DNA of 64,000 bases from Diadema antillarum (GCF_040938485.1 NW_027271002.1:310001-374000), one strand, 5' to 3'. Positions 25,548 to 39,505 are shown, counted from the first letter of the stretch. Notes: a model not told the origin generated them from the letters alone. Made by a program: numbers and translations.

Positions 25548-27268
25548 TTACATTCCTAATATGCAAAATGCAAACACTGAGATAAGCGATGTCAAAGTAT
25601 ACATCAAGATGTGAGTGAACATGTTTGAGATTACTGTGTGTGTGTATTGAGTACACACAGGTATGAGGACCAACAAAAGTACAGATCAAACTGACATTAC
25701 TCACAGCAGGCTTATAATCCTGCGTTAGGCCACAGACTTTTAGCAGCAGACTTCAATCACTTCAACTATTACCATACCATGTTGACTGGCACTATGTATC
25801 TCCCTTCTTTAAACATGGCTTTCTCCTAGTTAATCTCTATCATAATATATGCTCTCTTTCTTTCTTTTTTCTTCTTACCAAGATATACAATGCCAATACC
25901 ATGCAGTGATACAAGTACCATTCATGTAAGCTACCGTATAAGCTGCTATTTTCGCATACAGATATTTATGCGAATGAGGTCTCGGACATTTTCGCGAATG
26001 GAAACCTTGGCTATCTAAGTGTACTATTACCCTGGCGCATAGTGACATTTTCGCATGTTGTTAAATTCGCGGTCCAAGAGTGAATCGCGAAATTTGTGAA
26101 AATTTAACCCTCACAAAAATAACAGCTTATACAGTATGTGGATACTGGCCACTGTGTTTCAGTAATTTAAAAAGAAAACAACCTGCAAAAAATTTAGAGC
26201 AAATGAATTGAATTAAACCCTTTCACTATTTATATATCCAGTACTTTATTCTAATATAGACATTATTTCCAATATATGTTTGATATGCTGAATGTAAAAG
26301 ATTGTTTTCAATCATTTCAAGGCATTACCTGCAGTTTAAAAAATATCTATACAGTAAAATCTTGGCACGAAAGCCACACACAGAGTTTCACAGACCACAT
26401 TATAATGTTGCACTCATCACCAATGTTCCTATCTTACAATAATATTCCCACTCATTGCCTGAAATCAGCCAAGCCTCAACAGTGGGATGTAGTCAAGGCT
26501 AAAAACCTTCCAAGCCAAAAATACTCGTCTGTGGCAACACTCGGCGGGAGGCTGGAGTAATCCCCTAATCTCACCATGCTACTCAACATTTGAATGCTGG
26601 ACAGAGTGAACAACTGTTTTCTTGCCAAGTCACTTTTTAAAAAATGTATTTTATCTAAAACATCGAGCTGCCCAGCCGAGCCAAAGTTTTACACCAACCT
26701 CAAGATTCTTCCTTTGAAGATGAATCCATTCAACAAACAACAGGAAGGATGGGAAGATTGGAGGGGAGAGGAAATTTGAGTTCTAAATCTGAGTCAATTT
26801 GTCAAATTGACACAGATAATGAGAAGAAGAAATACCCACTTAAACCTTACTTCTGAGGTATTATCAGATTTCATGATCTCAATAAGATAATACTCTGTTG
26901 TAATGATTCTCTCTTTCTGAGTCTGACTAAGGAATGCTACACGGGATTGGAAGGTATTATCATGGAAACTGGGTCTCTCGCAGGTCGGAGAAAAGATTGT
27001 GAACCCATGTACAGCATCACATATGAAGGATGTCTGAGAAAGGAAACAAGTTTAGAGGAGATAATATGTGACCTGCATGGATTTAAGATCTTTTTTTAAA
27101 GCTCCTAAAATTGAAAATAGAGAACACTCTTCTTTAGGAAGCATGCGTTTGGTTAAAGTTGCAGCAATATCGCCAACCAAGTTGGATGATTTGAGGGAAA
27201 GGAGAATCCCTTGGATGAGTGACATCCCATCTAACAAGCCACGCCCACTCACTCCTATCAGACTCTCT

Positions 27269-27859
27269 AGCCCTTTTTACACTTGTGTTTCTTAACCCCG
27301 GACTTTCTCTGACCCAGGACTATCGATAGTCCCGTACCAATTTTTTCAGCTTTTTACACTCGCCAATTAGTCTTGTACTATCTCTTGTCCGGGGCTAAGG
27401 AGAAAACTGACCTTTTTACACTTGTATTTCTCAGCCCCGGACTTTCCAAACCACATGAATATTCATGATTACGCTGTGTACTGTACACGTACACGCACGC
27501 ACCGGCAGCACTTGATTACCTCGTTTCTGATTGGTCAGTGAGGGTCGGACTTCGTCTCCGTCGCTTAGCCCAGGATTATTTTTTCGTTCTGTTTACACTC
27601 ACTTGCTTGGCACCGCTATTGCGGTGCTAACCCTGCTATTTTGCAGGGCCAGATAGTACCGGACTATCGGTGGGGCTAGCCCACTTTGGCAAAAACGAGT
27701 GTAAACAGAAAGTGGGCTAAGGATAGTCCTGTACCAACGGTGGGGCTAAGGGGGGGGGGGGGGGCCTTAGCCCCACCGTTGGTACAGGACTATCCTTAGC
27801 CCACTTAGCCCCACCGTTGGTACGGGACTAAGTAAAAATTTCCAAGTGTAAAAAGCCCT
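27269..27859 (-). mobile_element. Harbinger-like MITE H1, copy 3 (inverted)
   Basis: Reverse complement of copies 1 and 2; 3-bp TSD tct/tct. Confidence 0.85.
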
Positions 27860-28424
27860 TCTGTCTCAGACACTTAGTCTCCCTCAAGACACAAGTTTGT
27901 TTTATTTACAACAGTCAATATAATTACACAAACAACTGCATTGTATATGCAACAATGAATATGATACATATGATAAAATGTGGATGGGAAGAAAAAGAGA
28001 CGAAACACATTGGGCAACTGGAAGCATAAATTTAAAAATAACCTAGCTGTCAACCAATCATTTTTCCACAACTTTTTCAGACTATTCACTGTATGGGTAT
28101 GTGTCTGTGTTTATGCATGTGTGACTGATTACTGTATAAGTAAGACAAGTATCACATTACTTCCCTTTCTGCTTCAAAAAAAAAAGAAAAAAAGAATATT
28201 GCCATCTTTCTGACACTCACAGAAGTGGAAAAAAAAAAAAAAAAACCTACCCTCAGAGAGATCACTATGGGAAAACTTTTGATAGGGGTGGGAAGGAGTA
28301 AGAGGTGTCTGTATGACACAGAGACAACAAACAAGATACATGTATGCCATATTTTGGTATACTAAGAATCATAAAACCCTATTGTCTTCATAACAGAACA
28401 GGTACAATTGATCACGGATGACCA

Positions 28425-28583
28425 GGGCCCCATTTCATAAAAGTTGATATGATAGCAACTCTTGCTGGAATGGCAACTTCCCATAGCAACAGCCAACCAG
28501 GAAGCTGCTTTCTTGTCGTTACCATGGCAACTGCCATTCCAGCAAGAGTTGCTATCATATCAACTTTTTATGAAATGGGGCCC
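28425..28583. mobile_element. Short palindromic MITE
   Basis: About 50-bp near-perfect TIR gggccccatttcataaaagttgatatgatagcaactcttgctggaatggca. Confidence 0.75.
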
Positions 28584-29293
28584 AGTTCACACACCTGACT
28601 ATTGGCTGTGGTTTAATATGTACTGTACAAAATATTAAAGAACACACATGTAACACAAATTGATTCCAGTGTAATAGAAGACTGATTATGTCTAACAAAT
28701 AAATAAAATGTTGAGTATGGGGTCAAGGCTAACAGGGTCAAACACACCCAGAGTATCTGTACCGGTACCTCACGTAGGGCTAGTCACAGCTGGTCGGTAG
28801 CCAGCAGTCCTGAGAATGTCAGGTGAACATTTATAGCTGTAATGAAACATAAACATACCGTTTCTGATGTTATCTTTTAATCAGTTAAATTGCACCCATC
28901 CTCAAATGACCTGACACCCCCATAGCTTGAATGGTATCTACCTGTCTCTGCCTGAAAATTCAATTCCATTAAAAATATCAAACTCCTTGCTAAGCTAACC
29001 CTTAGCATAAAAAACCAGGCATAGATGAGATGACTCACAAAAAGTCGCCATTATTATATACTTGAACATATTTGAAGTTTGATAAGGAAAATACACAGCC
29101 CAGGCTACTAATCACGTGATATGCTGTGAAAGGCTGACAAGAAATATCATCATATAACAGAACATCCTTCATTGGCAACAGGAATATATAAATCAAAAGA
29201 ACAAGCATGTGTGCAGCTTTGCATACATTAACAGCTGAGGGAGATTGTTTGATCCTAAATCAGCACTATTTTTCTCTCAGTTATTATCTATAC

Positions 29294-29658
29294 TTAAAGG
29301 TCCTGTTTACCTCTGGGAACAGTGACTAAAAAATGTTCAAGATATGACATTTCATGCGTATGTGTTGGTCTGTTGTACCACAGAACATCCTATCATATGA
29401 AATGTTCGCAATAAAGCCGAAAATATAAGGAGATATCTGTATTTTTCTCAATAAATCATAACTGTAGACGGTTTAGTCTGGAAACATTTTTATTATAACT
29501 ATTGTTCACATTTTGTATATCTAACAATATCTAACATCGATTTTACGAATTCAAATTTTTACAGTGGTTATTTCTATCCCTAACTCACATTTTAGAACTA
29601 TTTTAAAGCACTAATGCTAGGTCTTTGTTTCATCTGCAAATGGCAAATTATGCCTTAA
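29294..29658 (+). mobile_element. Kolobok-like MITE K1
   Basis: ttaaaggtcctgtttacc ... ggcaaattatgccttaa. Confidence 0.7.
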
Positions 29659-31484
29659 AAATATACATTTGACAGCATACAAAATTAAAGATTCACAGCT
29701 CCTGTTTCTGAATTTGAAAGATGTAATGATCATTCCATCATTGGTGATAACATAATTGTGACATATTCTATTCTCACAGACCTCTCCTTTCTTACAAGGT
29801 GCATTGTATAATTTGTACGAACTTTTTGCTCATGCATTTTATATCAGGCACAAGATCACGTTCAGCCTCTAAGTCTATGATCCTAACTTTACCGTCTCTC
29901 GTTTCACACCTTCCATCCTGTGAAAGGAATCGATGGAGAGAACTTTGAGGAAGTTCACTGATCAGTGAGTGATTACAGCCTCAGGATTGCTCTACAAAAT
30001 GTCTCCTACACCACTTCAGGCCGTCATCTTGCCTGGTTTTAATCGTGACTTTGTTTGAAAGTGGGTTTAAAGGCTTCATTAAGAGTGCAACAGGCAACCC
30101 CTTTACTATCAAAGCCATGGCATCATGCATGTCCTAATTCTTGCTTCTTTTGAATTATACCTACTCTCATTTCTCAAGCCAGTTCTTAATCCCCCCAAAA
30201 CATAACAAATCCCGGGGGAGAAGATTTCAGTAGGGAGGAGGCTGAGGTATTAAAGGTCATATCATTGCTAGTGAATCATTCCAATGTTACCCTCTCAAGA
30301 CTAAGTGGCCCTAAAGATGTGACTAACATTTCTTGCATAAAGGCTACAGTCTGACCTCAGTTACCCAGCCATAACTTTTCCGGGTTTCTCTATTATCCAG
30401 ACATGGATTGAGACACGATTGTCTTTGCTTTTTCAGGGAAAAGCATTTTTTCCAGAAGGAACAAAGATCAAGCGGAAGGTGCATTTCCACTCACATTCCA
30501 TTTCATTTCCAAACAATTTGAATTATGAAGAAGCAAATATCCTGTAATCATCATATTAAACTGCTACAGTAAATTGACCAGTTGAGGAAGGGCTGATTTT
30601 GCTACAACACGCATTTCCCATAGACACTTGGCCGAGTATGCTCGGGACTCGTCCTCAGTAAATCAACACTCCTTTATGCACATCCCTTACACAACTTGCT
30701 TGAACGTGTTGTGCTCGAGCATACAACATATGTATCTCACTTCTGTGGCCACATCACTTATCAAGATGGGTGCCAGTTCCACACATGGCCAGATAACTGA
30801 AGTTGGACTGTTCCCATGTGTACTACTTAAAACCTCACTTCAACATAATCTCCATAATTCTGTTCAAGTTGATTTATTTCACATCCAACGAACAAATAAT
30901 TAGAAATACAAAGAAACGCTCATATACACAGACGTCATGAAATCAGTACCACAATGTGATGAACAGAATAACATGTATTTTGTAAAAGAGATACAGTTAA
31001 ATTATCAACAGAGATACAAATAATTGTTACGTCACTGTGGTAAATGCATAAACAATATTGCTGGAAGTGGAGGGGACTGCTAAAAAGCAGAGCTTGTAGA
31101 ATGCAGTCCCCTCATAGAGAAAAAAATATAATTGAAAAAAAACAACAACAACAACAAATTTCCCTAAGTGGTAGCAAAAAAAAAAAAAAGGACAGACAAA
31201 GTAATACACACATACATGCACACATACGGACGCACATTGACAAACACAATCAATGGCAGCTCTCTTGTAAGGAAAGATTTGTGAAAAGATAGAAAGATAT
31301 AGTAGTGAAGAAGGTAGTAAGTCTGAGGGGGACAAGAGGGGTGGGGGAGAGGAGAGGGAAATGGTGGGTCATAACCAGGGCACTGGAGGCACAGAAGCAC
31401 GGGCTCGCTGATGAACAAGAGTTGTGAGATTAATGAAGTAACAACAACTTTGAAAATCAAAAGTAAAACAAGAAGAATGAATTA

Positions 31485-31640
31485 TTATGCTGCATACAAA
31501 GTTTTTAAATGATTGTTTAATTTTAAAGAAAATGTATAAAAACTTAAAGCTTCTTTTATATCATTATCCAGAGAATTCCAGAATTTTTGTCCAGAAAAGG
31601 AGAATAAAGATTTTGCAAGTACCCCAGGTTCTACAAGTAC
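31485..31640 (-). mobile_element. 3' end of an L2/CR1-group LINE ORF2
   Basis: SLFSFSGQKFWNSLDNDIKEALSFYTFSLKLNNHL matches the typical F-S-x-S-G-x-K-x-W-N-x-L...F-K-x-x-L-K-x-H-L C-terminus. Confidence 0.65.
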
Positions 31641-34600
31641 TCCAGGCCCTACAGAGTAACTTTGATCAAATATCATTGTATATCGTTTATCTGTAGTTTT
31701 CATGCTTTTGGGCGCTGAATTTATTTCCCAACTTTTACTTTTTTATTTACGTAATCCTTGCCCTCTCTTCTCCATCTTGCCATGCTCGATCTCACACATA
31801 CAAATCTCATTTCCTGTTGTGCAATACTCTCACCTATCCCATTTTTTGATGCTCAGGTCTGATGTGTATTAATATCACATATTTAATATTCTTATGTAGG
31901 CTTATATTATCAGAGTGTAATTTTACTTTTATTTATGAGTCTGATGTAAAGCAACCGTATCAGCCTTTGAGCTGCTGGATTGTTATTTGCACAACAAACC
32001 ATATTGAATTGAATTGAAAATACCACAAAAATCATAGTCATTCAGACAAATCCAAATGAAATCATATTTTCTGATAATTTTGTGCCAAAGTGAGAGAGAG
32101 AGGGGGTCCTAGACCAGACTCTTCACAGTCAGGTGATCGGGTCACTCTGCTATTTTGAGAGGCCCACAGGACGCTGCCTTAATCATTTACTGGCGCTGTA
32201 AGAACCATAGCAGTCTTATCATAAATCAGATCAGACTAAAACATCTCACTAATCTATCACTTGCATGTTACTGCTTTCATTCAAAACAATTTGGTCTCAC
32301 TGTCAAAGTCACATTTAAGTCTAAAGTTCCACTGCTGTGTGAGTTTTCACACTCCTTGCTTTTGTGAAGGTAGTAATAAAGCTTTGACATCGCCAAATTG
32401 ATCAATGTGCTGTGATTGGAGCAGTGTTCTCTGGTAAATCAAACAGCCTGGGTGAGCAAGAGAAGAGTTGGGGTAGAAGATCTGTGATTTCAATCAAGTT
32501 GTCAGTGTTATCTCTTCATGGTGAATCTTATACTAATGACCTAAAATGCCTCTACAGCTCCATGATTACCTGATACCCTTTTCTGTTCTATATCAACATG
32601 CTTTGATGGAAACACCTGTATTTCATTAAGTGTTAAATAAATGTTACTCATTATTATCATTATAATTTCCCTCTGAAGAGGCAATATTAGGATTGCATAG
32701 AGACAAACACTTGTAACACTGCAGGCATAGGGGTATGTTGAACATGTTGCAGTCACATACTACATCGGACACGGGCATTTCCTATCTCTACACTTCTTCT
32801 TCATACACAGAAGAAGGTTGAATCCCATTCTACTGCCCTAGGATCTCTACAGTCTGATAGAGTGAGCTAGAGACAGCTAAAGAGTGAGCGGCTGTCAGAT
32901 TACTGGCTTGACCTCTCTCGAGCCTGGATTTCCACCGAATCCAGGCTCGTCTCCAGAAAGAAAGAAATTTTAAAGCCATTTTTCTCTCTCCATGAGACAA
33001 TGTTCTTCACATCTGGCCAAGATTTCATAAAATCAGTGGTCCCTTCACATGGCATCTAACCATTGTTACCCCTTTTCCCTCTTACTTTCAGCATCTGTCT
33101 GCATACTTTACAGCCTTACTTCAGTCTCACAGACAAACAGCTGACACGCCTGTTGTTCCTCTTCTGTAACATACATTGTACAAATGTGTACATGGAAAGC
33201 GTCACAATTCTAACCAATCCCAAAGTCACCCAGTCAAACAGTCATCCAAACAATTGCCCCTTTGAATTCTCTCACATGATCAAACCAAACTCTCTTTTTT
33301 CATTACCTTGCACAGGTTTTCTTTTCCAACTAAGACACAAATCAGCATCGACTTCTACTTCACTATCAGAATCTTGATTACAGACAGTACTCCATCTTTT
33401 TCTGAGTAATCTGTTTTGGTTTTTGTATTTTACTCAGCTACTGAGAAGTACACAAGAGTTTGTGTGGTCCATGGGAGACAAAGAGAATAACAACCAGGAA
33501 ATTTCCAAGGACTTCTACAAACCCAAGAAAAGAGGAAAAAGCAACAATTCAACAAAAGCACTGTGAGTTCAGTGAAAGTGTAATCACAGATTGAAATGTC
33601 TGATAATTTCAGGACTCCATAACACACATAATGAGGCATACACAATGGCATGAGTAATCCACTGAGTGCAATGTGTTTGTCTTAAAGCGCATAGAAATGT
33701 TCATACTCTCCTAAATCTACCATGACCTGAAAAAGAAAACAAAAAATGATAAAACAGGGCATGGGAGCATGTGAGGTTATGTTGACCTCAATTCTAGCGA
33801 GATAAAATCTTTTATTGCCGTCAACAATCCATGCTCTGTCTGGATCCGCCACCAAGTCTCTGGGCTGAAAATATCAAGAAATGACACGCATTTTGTCAGG
33901 CGACAGAGAGATTTCCACAGTGGCATTTGGGTGAGTAATGCACTGTGACTTGACATATTTTTTGAATGCACAACGATGAAGTGCAAGTTGATCAGTGGGG
34001 ACGGATGTGAGTTCCTATGTCTGAAGTCAACTGAGGAAGAGTCTAGATTGATCCTAACTGATTAATTTTTTAGCGTAAACCATTACCAACATGCTCGTAA
34101 TGTTCATTTAGTCATATGTGGAAAATAGCAACTACAGTTACTCCTTTAAATGAAAGAAAAAACAAACAAACAATCATAAGATGCTGATGCATGATGGGAT
34201 AGGAAGCAAAGTTAGGTGGAATATACAGGGTCAAAAGACATCATCATAAAATCATCCAGCATTGAATGATAGAATCACCACAGCTAAATATCCTTTTAGC
34301 TGCATCTGAAACATATTCCAGGCAGTTGAATGACAAACCAAGCAAGAACTAAGTGTGTTTTCTTCTTGCTAGAACATCTAATGTTTTACTCAATTTGTCC
34401 TCTGGGGAGTTTGTTACACTTTACCTGTAATCACATATACAGAAACACACATACAGGCAGACACACACATACAATTGTACATGTAAATACAACATACAAC
34501 CCAGAGAAATCTAGCAGGCAGGTATTTGTACATTATCACCTGATTACACAATACTGCAGACTAAACAGGATGTTTTTAGTGCAGAAGGAAATTCCTAATG

Positions 34601-35287
34601 GCTCTTACATGTGGCCTTGATGACTTGTGGAGACTAAGAACCAATCACGGATACACTGTAATCTTACATGTAATTCGGTCACACAGCTCTTTTGTGCATT
34701 TGTCTTGTTTGTTGAGTTTTTGTTTTAGATTTGGCAATCCTTCCATAGGTGATGGAATTCTCATTAATTCAACTTTCTCTGTGTATGTGATTTGGTCTGA
34801 CATTCTGTTACACTTCATAATGAAATACAATTTGTTCAAATGTTCCCTGTCCATAAACAAATAGCAGAATTTTCAGTAGTCCTGGAAGAGAAGTAGCTCC
34901 CTATAAGTCAAGGCCTACAAACTGCTACGACATATAGTTCTAAGATAAGACGCTTCTGTATTTTCCTACAGCATTGGAATTAAATAAATACACCAGTTTT
35001 ATATTCGATTAAGCTCAAGCACACCTGAACTCCCATCACTGCAAGTTGAGGAATGCTGTACATTGAAAGAAATAAACCAGTGAATAAATCACAGACAAGA
35101 CTTGAAGCCAGTATAGGACTGTTTTCCATACAACATGATTTTCTCGCAGATTTTTCAAAGGGGCCTATCAAGTTGTGATGATATGTGTATTACTAAGTAT
35201 TGTGATATGTATTGTACAAAGTCACGCCATGTATTGCTCATTTGCAAATGATATCAGATACCACATCCCAACAACAGCAACAACAAC

Positions 35288-35288
<1 letters not shown>

Positions 35289-35329
<41 letters not shown>
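35289..35329. repeat. (CA)n microsatellite
   Basis: About 20 CA units directly left of the MITE. Confidence 0.95.
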
Positions 35330-35330
<1 letters not shown>

Positions 35331-35331
<1 letters not shown>

Positions 35332-36107
35332 ATATATGTGACCCGCTACAACAAAATGGTCCTAAAGTCGCGCACGGTCGAAGCCGTGAAAATCGAGTTT
35401 GAAGTTAGAGCATCAAAATTGGTCAAAACTTACGATTTTCTGAATTTGACATATTATTAGAGTCTGACATGTCTTCTATCATCTGTCGAAATTTTGAAGC
35501 AAAATGATGAAAGGAAAGACCAAAAAAATAGCGTTTTTCTGGGCCATGTTTTTTTGGCGTTTCAACGAAGCAGAAACTGGTTCGAACATTTGGATTGAGC
35601 GCCACACATAGGCTCCGCCCCTAACAACAAACCAGAGTGATCTCATTGGTCAGTTTGCTGCTTGCCGCTAACCGAAGCGTGAAGCTCGCACACTGCCCAG
35701 TCGACTGGTGCGTGCGGGCGGGTTGCACTATGCCTAGCCGCTTCTCCTGACATCCTGGTCACTGATTGGTCGGTGAGCAGACCGCCGACGCTGTGTTTGA
35801 ATGAGCATTTCGGGGGTTGCTAGGGCTTAACTTCTATTGTCCGGAGGTGAATACTGACTTGCGTGTCTCTTGATTGTGATTGCGTCGCAAGGAGAACTTT
35901 TAGGGCTCTTTTCTCGAAACATTGATTTCCCAGACGTCTTGACATGCTCTCTTTTAAACATCGATATCTCCGCAGCCGATTATTTTTATAAGACGTGTTA
36001 TATATCAATTTAAAGCAGAAAGATTGGGGAATTGTGTCATGCAATTTTCAAATAATCGACCTCGCCCGACTTTAGGATCATTTTGTTGTAGCGGGTCACA
36101 TATATAT
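35331..36107. mobile_element. CpG-rich MITE with ~40-bp TIRs in a TA/CA microsatellite context
   Basis: tatatatgtgacccgctacaacaaaatggtcctaaagtcg / cgactttaggatcattttgttgtagcgggtcacatatata (one mismatch). Confidence 0.8.
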
Positions 36108-39100
36108 ACACACATTCAAACTACCCTTAACACTGGCATGACTACATCAGTATCAGTCTTAACACACTTCCACAATATTGCTGTTTTAACTCCTTTCCTT
36201 GTGGGAATTCCCTGTGTAATACAATACTACATTGTACATTGTACCTTCACATTTCGAACCCTGGACATGGGAGGACTAAAGGGGAAAATCATTACCTGGT
36301 ACAATGTATGTGCAATACATTCTTAAATTACACAGTAGCTACTTTACAGGCCCACTTCTAACATCTTGGCAGAAAAACAAACCAAGAAATAAAGCTGGTA
36401 ACTAGTCATGAGTTGAAGGCCAGGGAGGTGATTCAGTCTTCTGAGACACAACAGATTCATTGTTCAAGGCTCAGTGAAAGCTACGTCATCATGTCATCCG
36501 CTCTCTTGATGAGCTAAAGACTCTCTCTCTCTCAAGGAGAACATTTTAAAGAGGTACCTTGTATAGGACAGTTCTAACCAAGGAATGTCAAGACTCCCAT
36601 TTGAGGTTTCACAAAGTACAGGTACTCATCGAGGGAGTTGGTCTCGACAATAAACTTTGATGATTGACGGTAACCCCCTAAAAGTTCACCTCACCAAGGT
36701 GACTACATAGACACAGACTATTATTACCTGTCACTGTGTGTCATTTGGAACACGAGGGAGAAGCCTTAAATATGATGCAATATTCAACATATTTCTATAA
36801 TTCCTGATAATATTTATATAATTCCTGATACCAATAAGTGAAGGACCCTTTGTTAAAATCCTCTAGCCATTCAGCACCATTCCTCAGAGCCAAATGACTA
36901 GATCCATTAAAAATACTCCAGCAATTGTTACATCATTCCTTGCAACTATGTATATGACCTGATCCATCGTTTACTGACAGTAACATACAGCACATTTACA
37001 TGGCAAAGGGCAAGGTAGATACAAGGCAAGCACTGTCAGATTCACACATTCCATCATTTCTTGACACAAGATGATCATTTTACAGACATTTATTGCCTCT
37101 CCTTGAAAATATTGCATCCAATCATTCAAAAGTGCGTGCGATACATATTGAATTTATTTTCTTCTTTAATTCACAAATAAGAAAAAAAGGAAGAGAAAGA
37201 AGAGCAGTCTTACAGAAAAGTGACCTTTACAAACAAGTGGTCTCTCTATACAGGTATGTTGATTTCAGACTACTCTTACCCCATTGAGGACGAGTCCCGA
37301 GTATAGTCGGGCAGGTGTCTATGAGAAATGCGTGTTATAGCAAAATCAGGCCATCCTCAACAGGTTTAATAAGACAGCGAAATGAAGTGTAGTGATCTCA
37401 AACCATGAGACCACCGTAGATGGGTTTTGTATTTCTTATTTCTTGCTAGCAGAGGCACATTATGTATACTGTGTATGGACCAGTCAGTTACTGCATTTAG
37501 GTAGATAAGCAGACATGGAATCAGTAAGTGAGTCAATATCCTATGAAGACTACATGAAACTTTCACTTGAAAGTCATCTCAAAGTAACAAGTCTTCTTGA
37601 CCGATTAAGTGGACGGTCAGCAAAGGGGGAGAGCTGGTGTTTATCATCCGGCCAGAAGTGTAGGAGAAGTACTTTACGACTCGTCAATTAGGCTAATTAG
37701 GCTGGCCAGGCAGGCTTTAGGATTACTGACAGATTTCCCTACAGGCTGTGAGGGTCTTTCCTGTTCATAGCACCCCATCCTGTCTTCAGGCCACACTCAT
37801 CACTACTTACCTGGTACTCAACAGGTCTGCTAGATATGATATCCTAATTCACATTCAGGTTATACTCTGCATAAGGCAGACATTGGCCTAGCCAGAGGAA
37901 AGGGAGATGAATGTAACCATACTTCCTGTATCTCCTATCTCTATATATTCATGAATTCATCAGTGGGCCTACACTGGTATTCTATCCCTTTAGTCTCATT
38001 TGAAGACGGCTACTGGTGGAGTACATTAAAGACTGAAATAGGAATGAGGCTTAGGACGATCCAAACAAATCATCGTAATACTGCCATATTCAAAGTCCCA
38101 TACAGCAGTTAGTATCAATGCAGAGTGTTTATACCAATATAACTATTGTATCTCTGATTGATATCCACATGCTAGTAGGGGAAATACAATAATATCATGG
38201 CTGTTAAAATGAAGGTCCATAGAGTAAAATTACTGTATGTGTGTAACAACATGTTTTTTCTTTGAAATCAATGAAAGTCAGTATTCAAATAAGAAATTCT
38301 AAATTCACAGTTTCCACAATTTGGCTGCGAATGAAAACATATTCCTTGTGATTTGGGAAATTATGAAGATACCGTGTAGGTAGAACAGATGAAAGAATAT
38401 TGAGTGATATCCTTCATTTCTCAGTGGATTTTAGTAAAAGCATAATGTATCTCAACACAAAGCAGCCCTTACAGTGTTCCATAAGCCATGGCTCTGACAG
38501 GCTGATGGCGACACACCTTTTCATCATCCTTCACAAGTCTATTCATTGTATGTAGAATGCATCCTTTTAGAATTTTGTTTTAATTCAATCTTTGTCCAAC
38601 TAATCATAAAATAGAGTTGTCACAGTTATTTCCTTTGTGTGGAGTGTAGCAACTTTCTTACCAAAGAAATGTTTTTGGTTATTAATTGTTCTACAGAATA
38701 TATTTTATGAATAATCTGGGATTTTAAAAAAAGGATATAATAAGAATCAAATATGCAAGTAATCATAACTGATATGACAACAAGTATTGGGATGCACAGT
38801 GAAAACATTTGTGAAAGGAAATCACATCAGCAAGGTATAAACTACATGTAGTCTGTAGCAAATCCAGACTTATCCCAAGCAGCTGCTGTTAAAATCAAGA
38901 GAGGTGTGAAAGTCCCTAAAGGGTCTTGTGAGAACTTCAGCGTTAAACATGTACCACTGAAGAAGGACATGAAGTACTACGGAACAACCCAGACACCTGT
39001 GGCTTGATCTAATGAGGAACTTTCTGATTAACCACATTCTCTACGATATGTACCTCCATCTAGGAGAACAACAAGTCACGAGGGACTTTCCCCACTTGAT

Positions 39101-39424
39101 CACCGGCTCTTAGGCCATAGTTTGTGCCATAGAGGGCACTATTCATGTTCTGTCCTTCAACTTATTGAGGCAGTCATGAATGAGGTAATTCTATTTAAAA
39201 ATGACATTTAATGATAACAATGAAATTTAGAAAAGAACTTAAAGCAAAACCCTAAAGAAAGGAGAAGCTGGATAGAATTCTCTCTAAATGACTGTGTGTC
39301 AAAGTGAATGATAGATATTAGTGGCTGTCCAAATGTATGAAATTTTCGTGTGAATTCCATTCATTTGAATAGATAAGAAGTACCCACAGCATGCTATATG
39401 GATTAGAACCAGCAGTGGTTGTCC

Positions 39425-39505
39425 AGTGGAAGCTCAGCGGTATAGTGGAAAAGACACCTGTCCGGTGATCAAGAGGTCGTTGGTTCAAATCCAGTCTGAG
39501 TATGT
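39425..39505 (+). mobile_element. Degenerate tRNA-derived SINE head
   Basis: agctcagcggta (A-box-like) and ggttcaaatcc (B box). Confidence 0.4.

Noticed and set aside
24976-27859. Composite transposon moved as one unit
   Set aside because: Outer flanks (taa versus tct) do not match, and copy 3 has its own TSD.
32919-32949. 12-bp perfect hairpin cgagcctggatt-N7-aatccaggctcg as a terminator or regulatory RNA
   Set aside because: No U-tract and a eukaryotic context; most likely a collapsed MITE remnant.
33787-37843. DIISSRPVEYQ and PRDLVADPDRAWIVDGN... segments as the missing SIDT exons
   Set aside because: Only superficial similarity to SRPLY and DRMVLLxxGN; the intervening YYMG exon and the hydrophobic character are absent.
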